Below are positions 46,566 to 57,573 of a stretch of DNA of 64,000 nucleotides, one piece after another; the stretch's first letter is position 1, and each line of letters begins with the position of its first letter. The position numbers were made by a program, and so were the translations under genes. Source of the stretch: a virus; IMG/VR virus record IMGVR_UViG_3300020463_000016, positions 4,038 to 68,037 of that record, one strand, 5' to 3'. The notes below the pieces were generated by a model, which had not been told where the DNA came from, searched no databases, and saw only the letters and a program-made list of their open reading frames with translations.

Positions 46566-47477
46566 TTAGTGTTTAATCCATTTGGATTTACCTCTAAGTA
46601 CTTGTGTTAATTCTTCAAGTTTTATATTACTTAATCTAAGTTTTGCATTTCGCATTTTTGCAGCAGCTTCTTTTTTATAAAGAGCAGCAGCGCCAGCAGC
46701 AGAAGGCCTTATTTTAGAAAGATTATATAATATATTAGCATAAACAGCATCTTCAGCTAGCTTTGGAACTAATACATTATCAAAATTGCCATTATTGCCA
46801 AGCCCATCTGATATGTATTGTATAGAAATTAAATCTCCTTCGCTAAAAACAGAATTAAAATATATTTTTCCAGCTTCTATATCTAAAAGATAAGTTCCAT
46901 TAGAGTTTTGTCTTTCTGGTTCTGACCCATATCTTGTTATATAAGTATCTTCATTGTTATCGTCAAAATAATTTTCAAAGTTTTTCTTTTGCAAATCAAC
47001 TTTAGATTTTTGGAATCTACTAGCTGTTTCTGATATTTCGCTAAAAGTTAAATTACCGTCTTGATCATATATATATTTAAAATCTTGGTCTTGGGCAACA
47101 GCTTTTGTTGCCTTACTAGTTTTTGAATTTTGTATAGCGCGATGGTTACCCTCGTTGTCTACATAAGCTATTTTAACAAAATTTACATAGTCCGAAGGCA
47201 AAGAAAGTTGCAAAGTTGAACTTAACTCAACTTCTATATTTTTTTCTGCATGAAAAATATCATAACTAAATTCTTGTACAGATCTCTGTGCCCAAAAAGC
47301 TACTTCATATCTTGGTACTTTTGTGAGAATTTTATCATCCCCTATATATCCAACAATAAAGTTATTTATAATATCATTCAAATGCACTCTGCTGTAATAA
47401 CCGGGAATTGCTGTGCCTGTTCCACCTTCTAATGCGGAATAATTGTCTACGTCTAAAGGTTTTCTTGATATTGCCAT
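46566..47477 (-). CDS. Tail ring/tubular protein
   Basis: LPSDYVNFVKI, YISDG, VPKLAEDA; podovirus-type gene order. Confidence 0.65.
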   Translation of the reverse strand: MAISRKPLDVDNYSALEGGTGTAIPGYYSRVHLNDIINNFIVGYIGDDKILTKVPRYEVAFWAQRSVQEFSYDIFHAEKNIEVELSSTLQLSLPSDYVNFVKIAYVDNEGNHRAIQNSKTSKATKAVAQDQDFKYIYDQDGNLTFSEISETASRFQKSKVDLQKKNFENYFDDNNEDTYITRYGSEPERQNSNGTYLLDIEAGKIYFNSVFSEGDLISIQYISDGLGNNGNFDNVLVPKLAEDAVYANILYNLSKIRPSAAGAAALYKKEAAAKMRNAKLRLSNIKLEELTQVLRGKSKWIKH

Positions 47478-48220
47478 TATTGTTCAGTTGCTTGAAGTTG
47501 TTGATCTTTACTTTGCGCAAAACCGGCTATATCCGCTTGTTTTATAGTAACTCCAGCTAGCGTAAGTATTTTATATATTAATTCAGAGTATTCAGATATA
47601 TGTAATTCAAAATTTAAAGATTTTGCTGTAGCTGAATAACTATCAGTAGCTGGATCAAAAACAGTTGAATCGTATATAGGTTCGTTTGGCACACCCGCAG
47701 CTAACTGCGAGGATGTAGGCATTATATAACCCCATTTAGGAGCATTAGGAGCCTTTAAATACTCTATATTAACGCCTGAGGTAACTGTACTAGGGTATAC
47801 TCTAATTGCGTTTCCTACTATTGTATATACTGGCTGAGTTGTTACAGGGTAAGTTAAGGGTGATTGGTTTATAAACTTAACGTCTTTGTGCGAAATAAAA
47901 TCCGCTTCTATACTATTAACCTGTACGCTACCTAACTTATAAAAATCAGTAGGAAAAGCCCAAGTGCCGCTTGATTGGCTTAAATCACCACTTTTATAAA
48001 AAGTATTTATTTTTTCGGCGGTAGTAATTATAGGATCTGAAAAGTCCGCATTATATAATCCACCGGCCTCATACATTAATTGCTTATTAAAATAACTTTC
48101 AAATATTTCATTTTGAGCTATATTTGCCAACCTATTGTATTCTTCAGGCGTTATATATCCTCTATTATCTTTATTAGCAATAGTAAGTACGGTTTGATAT
48201 ACGTCGTTTATATTTACCAT
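47477..48220 (-). CDS. Head-tail connector ring protein
   Basis: GYITPEEYN..A..AQ, IRVYP, Y.K.P..PKW. Confidence 0.6.
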   Translation of the reverse strand: MVNINDVYQTVLTIANKDNRGYITPEEYNRLANIAQNEIFESYFNKQLMYEAGGLYNADFSDPIITTAEKINTFYKSGDLSQSSGTWAFPTDFYKLGSVQVNSIEADFISHKDVKFINQSPLTYPVTTQPVYTIVGNAIRVYPSTVTSGVNIEYLKAPNAPKWGYIMPTSSQLAAGVPNEPIYDSTVFDPATDSYSATAKSLNFELHISEYSELIYKILTLAGVTIKQADIAGFAQSKDQQLQATEQ

Positions 48221-48239
48221 GTTTTGTTTATTGATTAGT

Positions 48240-48270
48240 GAGCATAAGGTTAATTTCTTACCTTACGCCC
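48240..48270. other. Intergenic stem-loop
   Basis: On - strand GGGCGTAAGGT...ACCTTATGCTC pairs with G:U wobbles; no U tract on the coding strand. Confidence 0.45.
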
Positions 48271-48275
48271 TTTTA

Positions 48276-49049
48276 TTACGAAATTTTTTTCATAATAGAC
48301 TTCATTAAGTCAACTCCTTCGTCTGTTTTGAAGTAAGCGGCTAATGCGCCATAAGGATGTTGATCAAAAGGCACAGTCATTACCTTTTTACCATTTGCTA
48401 ATTTAAATACTGTGTTGTCATCGGTAAGGTTTAATATACCCATTTCAACAGCTCTATTAGCAAGATTTCTTAGTTTTATATCTTCATCTTGCGATAATTC
48501 AATAAATAATTCTGGATCATTTTGAGCAAATCTATAAGCGTCTCTTTTAAGTTCTTTAGAAGTTAAATTAGTAACAGAAGAACCTAATTCTGTTCTCATT
48601 ATTGCTTCTAAATGTTCAATGTCCAAAGTTTTAACAAGATTAAGTGCTTCTAATTCTAACTCTAAATTTTCAATTTCATCCGTAGCTTCAGCTACTTCAT
48701 CAATTTCTGTCCAAAGTTCACCAGATAAAGGGTGATATATAGATAGTAACTTTTGTAAAGCTTGTTGTTGCCTCGGTACTTCTATAACCCCGTCTAAAAA
48801 TATAACATGCCCCAGCGTAACATAGCCTTCTTGTTCGTTTACAAACAAAGACTTTTGATTAGTAGCATATCTTATTTCTTTATTTTCGCCAGTATTTTCA
48901 TCAAACCAAAACAATGGTTTTCTTAATGTATGTTTAGACTGCACTGTCCAACTTATTGGCGATTTATTTCCTGATAGAATATAAACTCTATCTTTTATTT
49001 CCCAACCCTTTTCAGGGTTAATAATTCTTTTTTTTGTTTGTGTATCCAT
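48276..49049 (-). CDS. Hypothetical morphogenesis protein
   Basis: 257 aa directly after the MCP. Confidence 0.6.
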   Translation of the reverse strand: MDTQTKKRIINPEKGWEIKDRVYILSGNKSPISWTVQSKHTLRKPLFWFDENTGENKEIRYATNQKSLFVNEQEGYVTLGHVIFLDGVIEVPRQQQALQKLLSIYHPLSGELWTEIDEVAEATDEIENLELELEALNLVKTLDIEHLEAIMRTELGSSVTNLTSKELKRDAYRFAQNDPELFIELSQDEDIKLRNLANRAVEMGILNLTDDNTVFKLANGKKVMTVPFDQHPYGALAAYFKTDEGVDLMKSIMKKIS

Positions 49050-49067
49050 AATATAATATAATAAAAT

Positions 49068-49105
49068 AAAAAAGAGGTATGGGTGGCCGAAACCACCCGT
49101 CCTCT
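49068..49105 (-). terminator. Intrinsic terminator after the major capsid gene
   Basis: AGAGGACGGGTGGT-TTCG-GCCACCCATACCTCT followed by TTTTT. Confidence 0.85.
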
Positions 49106-49113
49106 AGTAATAA

Positions 49114-50640
49114 TTATGCTTTAAATAATACAAAGTTATTAGCACCTTGTACAATCAAACATCTTTCAGATAAGTAGTGCATTCTCATTTCATCAATTGG
49201 TGATGAAGAAGCGCCTCCTACAGATCCAGTAACCCAAGACTTCATTTTTCTGTTTTCAGTCTCAGAAGCTCTATAACGTATATGTAAGAAAGGTCTCTTA
49301 ATGTTTTTTCCAAGAACTTGGTCGTATACTGTTGAAGTACCAGCAGGAACTAGTACGCCTTCAATATCTTTAAAACCACCTCTTGTAGAGAAATCATTTA
49401 GATATTTCCAATCTGTTTTATAAAAGTCATAAGAACCTCTTCTGTAACCAGTAAAGCCTAGATTAAGAGCCATGTCTTCGCTATTGTTAAATACCCCAAA
49501 AGAAGTACCTCCAGAATATCCGCCATTTTGCTGAGCAAGAATGTCATCAATTTCTAAAGAAAGATCTCTTCCTAAGAAAAGCATATTTTCTTCAATAGCA
49601 CCTTGCTTGTCCAATTGCTTAAGAACAGCATCAAAATCAGTTAAAGCACCACCTGAAACTTGCGCTCCAAAGTCAGAGTATACATTACCTCTTGCTTCAA
49701 CAGCCTCAAAAAATCCTTCAGTACCTTTAGCAGTAGCTGTAATAGCTGAATCATAAAAGTCTAAAGTAGCACCAGTGTTTAATTGTTTAACACCTTCAAC
49801 CATAGACATTTCTAAGTAATCTTCCCATCGTAGTCTATTTTCGTGCTCAGATTTAAGATACCATAAATATCCAGAAGCTCCGTTTTCAGAAGTAACTTCA
49901 ATCCACCCAATTTGAGCAGTATCAGAACCGTTGATTGAATAGTGCTCTTTAAGGATAATTGGAGAATTGGTAAATGTAGCGTAGCTAGGATCTAGTTTTT
50001 CGTTAAAATTACCAGTTCCTTTTGCAAATTCAGATCCATAAGCAAGAGCTGTAAATCTTTGTGCAGTTGTAATTGCGGGAACAGCACCAAGAGATTTAAC
50101 TTGGAAATATTGTCCGCTTACATTAGTTACGATACCTTTTATCATTGCTCCAGTTCCACCTACAGCTGAAGTAGCTGAAGATTGAGCTTGAATCATTACC
50201 GTTTGTCCTTTGCGGAAATTAACGGCAGTAGTTCCTTGAGAGGTAATGCCTAAGCTTGTAGGTTGTGCAGTTGGGACAAAAAAGTTTCCAACGTTACCAC
50301 CTGTAGTTACAGCATTAGCCGCTGCAGGAGTAGTTCCTGTAGTAGGCATTGTGCCAGCATTACTTAAATAAATGATATTTGCATATCTTGTGTGCAATCT
50401 ACCTTGCTCAGTCCAAATAATTTGGTCTGAAGTAGATGGCATCTCCGCTGATACCATACGAAGGAAAGAACCTATAGATCTGTTTCCATATCTTTCAACT
50501 TCTTGTTCGTATACATCAGGTAAAAATTGTTGAGCCCACTGATTAAATGAGCTATCTGTAAAATCAATATAGTTACCAGTATAAAGAGCTTTGCTTTGAG
50601 TTGGTTGCAAAGCTGCTGGTATTCCACTTGTAAAAGCCAT
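49114..50640 (-). CDS. Major capsid protein
   Basis: 508 aa after scaffold and before a strong terminator; WTEQGRLH, GSEFAKGT, TEGFF, LGFTGYRRGSYDF. Confidence 0.8.
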   Translation of the reverse strand: MAFTSGIPAALQPTQSKALYTGNYIDFTDSSFNQWAQQFLPDVYEQEVERYGNRSIGSFLRMVSAEMPSTSDQIIWTEQGRLHTRYANIIYLSNAGTMPTTGTTPAAANAVTTGGNVGNFFVPTAQPTSLGITSQGTTAVNFRKGQTVMIQAQSSATSAVGGTGAMIKGIVTNVSGQYFQVKSLGAVPAITTAQRFTALAYGSEFAKGTGNFNEKLDPSYATFTNSPIILKEHYSINGSDTAQIGWIEVTSENGASGYLWYLKSEHENRLRWEDYLEMSMVEGVKQLNTGATLDFYDSAITATAKGTEGFFEAVEARGNVYSDFGAQVSGGALTDFDAVLKQLDKQGAIEENMLFLGRDLSLEIDDILAQQNGGYSGGTSFGVFNNSEDMALNLGFTGYRRGSYDFYKTDWKYLNDFSTRGGFKDIEGVLVPAGTSTVYDQVLGKNIKRPFLHIRYRASETENRKMKSWVTGSVGGASSSPIDEMRMHYLSERCLIVQGANNFVLFKA

Positions 50641-50657
50641 TTTTTAAATTTTAAAAA

Positions 50658-51872
50658 TTATTTATTCCATTTTATGCGCAATCTATTTGAGGAATCATTT
50701 TCAACAACTCTTACTTTATTATTTGAATTTGGTGCAGCTGAACTATCACTGCGTGGTGTCATATCAATATTTTTAGAATTTTTCACTGTTTCTTTTATAG
50801 CGTCGGCACGGCCTTGTTCATAAAAGTGAGCTGCTAATTTATCAGCATTTCTACCAGCAAATAAAGCTTTATGATAATCACCAACTTTTTCCATTTCGCC
50901 TTCTTTATTTAAGTAAGGCTTAATAAAATTGTCAATTGTTGATTGAGCTGTTTTTACTTTTTTTGTATCGTCTACTTTGAACCTATATTTTTTTTCTCCA
51001 ACTTTAAAATCAAAACCTTTGAACTCTTGATTAAAGAAATTATTTGTTCTAGTATCAAATGTATTTTTTAATTTTTCTGCTTTTTCCTGTATTTTAGTTG
51101 CTTCATTATAAAAGTCTTGAGCCTCCTTGTATTCTTCAGGTACTTCATTTTGCTTTCTTAACTTAAGATCCGCATAGTATTTTTCCTTTGAATCGTTAAA
51201 ATGCTTTTGAGCTTTATATAATTCTTCTTTAAATGCTAATTGTTTTGCTTTGATTTCAGAAGGTTCTGCAACCTCTTCATCATAAGCAAAATCTTTTTGC
51301 ATTAAAAAATTAATATCCTCATTGTTTAAATGAGGTTTATTATTCCTGTAATATTCGTAAACTAACGTAGTGTTATCCATTTTAGAATAGTCTCTATTAA
51401 GATTAACATAATCTTCTAAAGTGCCATTCGTATCTTGCATAAAGTCTATTAGCTTTTGAATATCTTCAGGGTATTCATTTGTTTGTGCAGTGTCTTCATT
51501 AACCTCTTGCACAACTTCTTCTTGAGGTTCTTCAATGCTTTCTTCTACAATTTCTAACGCTTCTTCTTTTTCTTCTTTAATTTCTTCGGCAGGTTCTTCA
51601 ACGCTTTCTTGCTCGTTTTCTTCACGAATTTCTTCGCTAGCTTCGGGTTCGTTGCGTACAGATACCTCATCTGCGCTTTGCTTCTCAGTGGCATTAGTTT
51701 CTTGTGTTGGAGGGCTATCAACATTTACACGGTATACACCGTCATCTTGAAACCCATAGTTAGAATCTACTTCTCCGCTTTCAACTGCTTGTTCTAGCAC
51801 AGCGGTCTCTTTTTCTTGTGGTGAGGTTTCTTCTTTAGTCTCAACCGTTTTTACTTCAATGTTTTCTTCCAT
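50658..51872 (-). CDS. Scaffolding protein
   Basis: Very acidic N-terminus, helical C-terminus, between portal and MCP. Confidence 0.7.
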   Translation of the reverse strand: MEENIEVKTVETKEETSPQEKETAVLEQAVESGEVDSNYGFQDDGVYRVNVDSPPTQETNATEKQSADEVSVRNEPEASEEIREENEQESVEEPAEEIKEEKEEALEIVEESIEEPQEEVVQEVNEDTAQTNEYPEDIQKLIDFMQDTNGTLEDYVNLNRDYSKMDNTTLVYEYYRNNKPHLNNEDINFLMQKDFAYDEEVAEPSEIKAKQLAFKEELYKAQKHFNDSKEKYYADLKLRKQNEVPEEYKEAQDFYNEATKIQEKAEKLKNTFDTRTNNFFNQEFKGFDFKVGEKKYRFKVDDTKKVKTAQSTIDNFIKPYLNKEGEMEKVGDYHKALFAGRNADKLAAHFYEQGRADAIKETVKNSKNIDMTPRSDSSAAPNSNNKVRVVENDSSNRLRIKWNK

Positions 51873-51895
51873 AAGATATAATATAATAGTTTAAT

Positions 51896-54319
51896 TTATT
51901 TTGCTTCAAACCTGGAAAGGTCAAACCCTCCTAATACGTCATTACCTTTTGATTCAAAAGATTTTTTTGGCTTTTCTGTTTTAGGTGGTCCAGCTATAGA
52001 ATTTACTGATATTTTTTTATCAGCAATTCTTTCTTGCGTTTCAGACTGTTTTTCAACTAATTCTTTTTGCGCAGATAATTCTAATTCTTTTAATTTTACA
52101 TTAAGATCATATTCAAACTGCATAAGTTGCTTTTTTGTTTCAGCCTCAAATTGCATTTTCTTAATGTTTAATTCATTTTCAGCAGTAGATATTTGAATAG
52201 CAGAATCAGCTTTTACCTGTGCAGCTTGTGATTTTGCATTTTCAATACCAATTTGCGCCTCGCCTTGGGCTTGAGCTTGTGCTACAGAAGCGGCTTGGGC
52301 TGCTTGTTGGTCTACAGCTTGTTTTTTTAATCTTCTAAACTTTAATAATTGATTAGCTAGTTTAATATTTCTAACCTCTCTTATATCAATAGCATCTTCT
52401 AAAAATATGCTTTGTTGTGATAAAGCTATTTGTATGTTAGCCTCTAAAGATGCTTTTTCATTTTCATCTGGTTGTAAGTCTAAAAATATACCAAAATCAT
52501 GTAAATGCAAATTGTTTAGCTCTTTTAATGAACCTACTGAAAATTGGCCTAAGCTAGTTATAAATGCATCTCTTGTTGGATGAAACTCTAAAACGTCTTT
52601 AAACCTTGTTGATATTGCTTCTGCCAAAGTAATAGTAATAAAAAGACTGGAATCTAATATGTGCCTAGTAGCTACATTGCTATTAGCGGCTGCCATTTTT
52701 TGTACTCCAACTAAAGCTTTAGGATCAGGATCGGAACCGTCGCGGGCTTCGTTAAGTCCTGTAATGTCCCTTATCATTTGTAAATATTGATTGTATGCAC
52801 CAATTAATAGCTGTACTTGATTACCCCCGCCACCGGGTAATTCTTGTATTGGCACTTTGCCTGGATTTGGATCTCCTTCAACGGTTAATGATCTGCCGAT
52901 AATAGATCCTGTTTGAAAATACATATTTAACGCTTCTTGAGGATTATAGCTAGTACCATTGCCTAAATCAATTTCAGCTAAACCATCTGCGTCTATATAA
53001 ACACCCGAAGGTGTCATTCTTTGTATTGCTTGTTGTAATTTTAAATGTGTTAATTGTATTAAATCTGCATAAGGTGTCATTTTTGAAACAAGAGAATCAA
53101 TCTTACCTTTATATATTCTAGGCGCTGCCACTATGTAATTCATTAATACTTTATTAGCATTTGAATGTGGTCTTACCATATTAGTTGCTTTTTTCCACTT
53201 TAATAACTTATTAGCTCCTAATATATAAACTCCTTCGTATATAACCTCTTGTGCTCTTGCTACTCTTTGAAACCTTGTTCTTTTGTCTTTTGGTGGGTCA
53301 AATGAATCATCTTTTTCAATGGCTTTTTCTGCGCCCGAAGACATTTCTTTTATTTTATAAACATTTTTTTCCCATGTTTTCCAATTAAAATACAACACTG
53401 TTGCAATATTATTATCGTAGTTTTGGTTTTCCCCTACGTTATAACTTGTATTGTAATTTTGGTAGCTATTACTTTTTTTAGCAAGATCGCCAATATCTTC
53501 ATTTGATAATTGAGGAAATTGTTTTTTAAGCTCATTTATTTTAATTGTTTTTACTTCTCCAAAATAATAGCAATCTGAAAAATAAGGATCTTCTGTATAA
53601 GACCATACTAAATTAGCAGGATCAACATAATCTAATTTTATTCCATCTGTATTGTTAAAAGAATGTTTTGCCGCACCAATACCTAATACAGCAATATCGT
53701 AATCAATTCTAGGCTTTATATAATCATATTTATTTTGATTAAATATATTGTCTATTGCTTGCTCTTCTGCTATTTCAATACCTTGCTTATAATTAAGCTG
53801 CATAAATAAATCTAATTCTTCTGTAGAACCAGGCAATTTTTCTCTATCTACATTTCTTACGTTAGCACCCAATTGTTGCTCTATCAGCTCTAACATAGAA
53901 TCAGTATTCATGTCTCGCTGTATGCCTTCCACATACTGAGTCCTTTGTCCTGTAGAGATAGGGTCCTCACCAACGGCCCTAACATTGTATAACCTATCTT
54001 GCATTCCATTGACTACAATATCAACAAACTTAGGTACAATAGGCACTGGCTTCCAATCTAAATTAAGATATGATAAATCACCGTTTATAGCAAATTCATC
54101 TTTATACTTTCTAATTGATTGCTCACCTCTAGCATAAAGTCTTAACCTGTGAAAGTTATCTTTTAATTCGTAGTATCTGCCTTGATTACCATTACCGCTG
54201 TTAAACCACTCTTGCTCTATAGCCGTGGCTACCGCTGTACCGTATTCAATACTTCTTTTCTCAGAGTCAGAAACGGCCTGACTAGGGAATTGAGAATACT
54301 TATTTTTTATTTTTGCCAT
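51896..54319 (-). CDS. Portal protein
   Basis: 807 aa after terminase; LRLYARGEQ, PIVPKFVDIVVNG, TGLNEARDGS; long coiled-coil C-terminus. Confidence 0.85.
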   Translation of the reverse strand: MAKIKNKYSQFPSQAVSDSEKRSIEYGTAVATAIEQEWFNSGNGNQGRYYELKDNFHRLRLYARGEQSIRKYKDEFAINGDLSYLNLDWKPVPIVPKFVDIVVNGMQDRLYNVRAVGEDPISTGQRTQYVEGIQRDMNTDSMLELIEQQLGANVRNVDREKLPGSTEELDLFMQLNYKQGIEIAEEQAIDNIFNQNKYDYIKPRIDYDIAVLGIGAAKHSFNNTDGIKLDYVDPANLVWSYTEDPYFSDCYYFGEVKTIKINELKKQFPQLSNEDIGDLAKKSNSYQNYNTSYNVGENQNYDNNIATVLYFNWKTWEKNVYKIKEMSSGAEKAIEKDDSFDPPKDKRTRFQRVARAQEVIYEGVYILGANKLLKWKKATNMVRPHSNANKVLMNYIVAAPRIYKGKIDSLVSKMTPYADLIQLTHLKLQQAIQRMTPSGVYIDADGLAEIDLGNGTSYNPQEALNMYFQTGSIIGRSLTVEGDPNPGKVPIQELPGGGGNQVQLLIGAYNQYLQMIRDITGLNEARDGSDPDPKALVGVQKMAAANSNVATRHILDSSLFITITLAEAISTRFKDVLEFHPTRDAFITSLGQFSVGSLKELNNLHLHDFGIFLDLQPDENEKASLEANIQIALSQQSIFLEDAIDIREVRNIKLANQLLKFRRLKKQAVDQQAAQAASVAQAQAQGEAQIGIENAKSQAAQVKADSAIQISTAENELNIKKMQFEAETKKQLMQFEYDLNVKLKELELSAQKELVEKQSETQERIADKKISVNSIAGPPKTEKPKKSFESKGNDVLGGFDLSRFEAK

Positions 54320-54321
54320 AT

Positions 54322-56550
54322 TTATTTAATTAGCATACTTCTGCCGCCTTCATTCTTATATTTGGAGAATGAAAAATTTAGTTTTTTTGTTGTTTTTTCT
54401 TGTCGAGGTCTATATAAATGTTTTCTGCAAGCCATTATAGCCAGCCCACTACTTATAGATGCGTCATGAGCAGTACGTTTTGAAATATCAAACTTAGCCC
54501 AATCTTCTAATGTTCTTTGGAAATGCATATTACCGTGGTTTTCACCTTGCTTACCTACATTTTCTTCTATGTAAGATTCTATAGCAGCTGCATGTGCTTG
54601 TCTTATATCTTCTGAAGTATTAGGTATACCACCTAATTCTATTTCAGTTTTAGATAGTGCACCACGGAGTTTGTCGGGACGATTCATAGAAAAGCCTCTA
54701 TAACCTCTTCTTTTTAAATGATATAATAATCTTGGCTTATTGTTTTCAGCTAATATAGGTAATCCATAAAAAGCTATTGCCATAAGCACATCTTCAAAAA
54801 ATATTTCTGCAGTTTGTGGCCTAGCAACGTATTCTAAAAAAATTTTGCTGCTAGGAAAATCTGGATTCATAGAAAAAGTTGTTAACCCGTGCAGTGCTCC
54901 ATTAGAACCACCACCACCTACAGTTCCTGATATATCATAAGAGTCACAGCCAAAAGCTCCAAACCCGTCATTACCAGGATATTTAATACCATTTTTTTCA
55001 ATAATATTATTTCTTAATTCTTTTTTTGGCAACCAACTAATATAAAATCTTCCATTTTTTGTAGGTGTCCAAATTACTTCTGTGTCTTTTATACCGTTTC
55101 TCCAAGAAAAACTTCCTCGAGCAACATAACCTTTTGAAGTCATTTCTTCATTATGATCTATTTGCTCGTAAATTTTAGTTAAATTAAATAAAGAGTTTAA
55201 TGTTTCGTCCCTAAAGGCGTGCTTTTCGCTTCTAGGAAATTGTCTATAATATTCATTTAGTGCATCAGCATCTTTTCTAAGTCCTTCGACTTCGTTTTCC
55301 CAGTGTTCAATAACTCCTGAATAAATGATGCTTCCATCAATTGCTTCAACCGGGTCTTGTGGGGTATCGAATACAGGGTACCCATACTTATTAATAAATC
55401 CTTCGTAACCCCATTCCATAGGTATGAACAAAGAATATAGTCCACTTGAAGTCTGGCCATTTTTATTTCTTTTAGTAACATCTGATCCATAGTATAATTT
55501 TTTAAAATTATCACCGCCTTTATCTAAAGAATTAGATGTAGAACCCATCATACATTTACCAACGACTCTTGCCCCTAGTCTTAAACAAGTTTTTGTTACA
55601 CGCCAGTTGTTTAATATGTTATCAGGTCTTTCCCATTTACCGGATTCATCATGTACTAATAAAATAAGCTTTTCACCATCATAACTATTATCACCAGTAT
55701 TTTTCCAATCAATAGTTGTGTCAAGTCCTTGCCCTAACAATTCGTCTTCAGACTCTTTAAAAGAATTTCTAGTCAACCTTCTTGAGGGTAACTTATAAGA
55801 TAATTCTGTTTTAGGTCTTTCCATACCATCTTGTATAGGCTTAAAAAAGAAGGGATAGTTTACTGATATTGGCACTACTTTGTCTGTAAACATTTTTTTA
55901 GCATCAGCCCCTGTTTTTGATAATATACCGAATCTAGAGTCTCTTGATGTTGTAGCCACGTTAACAGTTTCTGATGATGCCATGAAGCTAAATCCAGACC
56001 GTCTGTTTTTGAGGTAGCACATACCGTAGCATCTGTAATCTGCTTTGCAAGCTTCCCAGAAATAATAGAATATTCTGTTTGCTTGTCTAAACTCGGGTGC
56101 ACCAACATCAATTTTTGTCCAGTTGAGGTACATATAGTGTGACCCCGTAATGTAACACGGCTCACCGTTGCACATGAACCAATACCCATCGGTCCTGCAA
56201 TTAAACTCAGCATCAATATATTTATAATAGTGATCTTTAGTTTGTTCAGGATGGTTTTTAAATTCATGTATCGATCTTATTTTTCTTAATGATTCTGGTC
56301 TTTCCCTTCTTATAAATACTTGGTCTTTTTGTTTTATGTCTTGACCGCTTATTTTTTTAGGGGTTTGAGGTATTGCTATCTTAAGACCTTGAATCTCATA
56401 TATGTCACCAATTGTGCCGTCTTTACTTATAACTACGCAATCTAAATCTATGTCGTAGCCATACTTATATTTTTTAAGTTTATTTTTTTTTATTACTTCT
56501 TTAGCATCAAGATGATCTTTGGTAATGTTATAAAGTGATTGTTTATACAT
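54322..56550 (-). CDS. Terminase large subunit
   Basis: KNRRSGFS (Walker A variant), LLVHDESGKW (Walker B), GCDSYD nuclease motif. Confidence 0.9.
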   Translation of the reverse strand: MYKQSLYNITKDHLDAKEVIKKNKLKKYKYGYDIDLDCVVISKDGTIGDIYEIQGLKIAIPQTPKKISGQDIKQKDQVFIRRERPESLRKIRSIHEFKNHPEQTKDHYYKYIDAEFNCRTDGYWFMCNGEPCYITGSHYMYLNWTKIDVGAPEFRQANRIFYYFWEACKADYRCYGMCYLKNRRSGFSFMASSETVNVATTSRDSRFGILSKTGADAKKMFTDKVVPISVNYPFFFKPIQDGMERPKTELSYKLPSRRLTRNSFKESEDELLGQGLDTTIDWKNTGDNSYDGEKLILLVHDESGKWERPDNILNNWRVTKTCLRLGARVVGKCMMGSTSNSLDKGGDNFKKLYYGSDVTKRNKNGQTSSGLYSLFIPMEWGYEGFINKYGYPVFDTPQDPVEAIDGSIIYSGVIEHWENEVEGLRKDADALNEYYRQFPRSEKHAFRDETLNSLFNLTKIYEQIDHNEEMTSKGYVARGSFSWRNGIKDTEVIWTPTKNGRFYISWLPKKELRNNIIEKNGIKYPGNDGFGAFGCDSYDISGTVGGGGSNGALHGLTTFSMNPDFPSSKIFLEYVARPQTAEIFFEDVLMAIAFYGLPILAENNKPRLLYHLKRRGYRGFSMNRPDKLRGALSKTEIELGGIPNTSEDIRQAHAAAIESYIEENVGKQGENHGNMHFQRTLEDWAKFDISKRTAHDASISSGLAIMACRKHLYRPRQEKTTKKLNFSFSKYKNEGGRSMLIK

Positions 56551-56792
56551 TATTTTATCCTATCTTCTACACCTAAAAACTTAACTTTATTTTCAGTTTT
56601 TTTATCCAGTGATAATTCTTCTATTTTTTCTATAATTTTAAATGAGTCTTCAATTGCAACCCATTTAGCCTGAGCAGCTATTTTTGCTTTTTCAGGTTCT
56701 AACTCAACTAAATTAATTTTTTGTTTTATAACTTTGTCAAGTTCTACTAAAGCAATTTCTGCCGCTTCAATTACTTTTTTCCTTCGATCCAT
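56550..56792 (-). CDS. Putative terminase small subunit
   Basis: 80 aa helical, coupled to the large subunit. Confidence 0.45.
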   Translation of the reverse strand: MDRRKKVIEAAEIALVELDKVIKQKINLVELEPEKAKIAAQAKWVAIEDSFKIIEKIEELSLDKKTENKVKFLGVEDRIK

Positions 56793-57345
56793 ATTTTATT
56801 GTAACTTGATTTGATAAAACTCTATATAATTTTTTATTGTCTACATTAAACTCGTATTCTGAATCTGGTGTAAACCCCACCACGTCTCCTATGGACAACC
56901 CTAATGAGTTTAAATACCTGTTGCTATACACAAGCTCTCCAAACAATTTTTTTTCTTTTAAAACGCTCCATTTAGAATCGTCTTTTATAGGCTTTACAAA
57001 GCAATAACTATCTAAACATTCCCAATCATTGTTTCTTTTGTAAGCATATATTTGATCAGGTGATACTGTATATTGATCTTCTGTTATAAAACTAGAAGAA
57101 TTTTTTTCTTTACCATAAAGGTCAATCCATCTTCTAAAAACATTGTGATGTAATAAGACCTGGTCTCCTTTCTGTAGTTCTTGGGTGCCAAGCATAGGGA
57201 CAGAAATAACTTTTCCTATTCTATTCGTATACATAAAATCTCTTTCAGATATTTCTGTATTTAGTATAAGATTTTTATCTTTTACTTTAGTAGAATTGTT
57301 ATATCTATTTTCAGAATATATAATATAATTATAAAGTGATCGCAT
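56767..57345 (-). CDS. Tandem GroES-like domain protein
   Basis: Two units: GKVISVP...LQKGDQVLLH and FVKP...GELVY...LSIGDVVGF...YEF...LYRV. Confidence 0.55.
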   Translation of the reverse strand: MRSLYNYIIYSENRYNNSTKVKDKNLILNTEISERDFMYTNRIGKVISVPMLGTQELQKGDQVLLHHNVFRRWIDLYGKEKNSSSFITEDQYTVSPDQIYAYKRNNDWECLDSYCFVKPIKDDSKWSVLKEKKLFGELVYSNRYLNSLGLSIGDVVGFTPDSEYEFNVDNKKLYRVLSNQVTIKYGSKEKSN

Positions 57346-57563
57346 TAATAATCTAGATTGTATTCAACTGATACTGCCATGTTTGAATTAAAATGTTTCC
57401 ATGGAAGTATTTCATCATTTTTTTTAATAAATATTTTGTATGTACCCTCTTCTTCTAGTATGTCAGATATTATATGACCACCGTAAACTTCTTGGCCAAC
57501 AGAATAATGCATTGCTTCATTCTTATAATCTTGTCCAATTGATATTTTTCTAATTAATTTCAT
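57345..57563 (-). CDS. Hypothetical protein
   Basis: IRKISIG.DYK..AMHY.VGQ. Confidence 0.6.
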   Translation of the reverse strand: MKLIRKISIGQDYKNEAMHYSVGQEVYGGHIISDILEEEGTYKIFIKKNDEILPWKHFNSNMAVSVEYNLDY

Positions 57564-57573
57564 TTAATTTATT

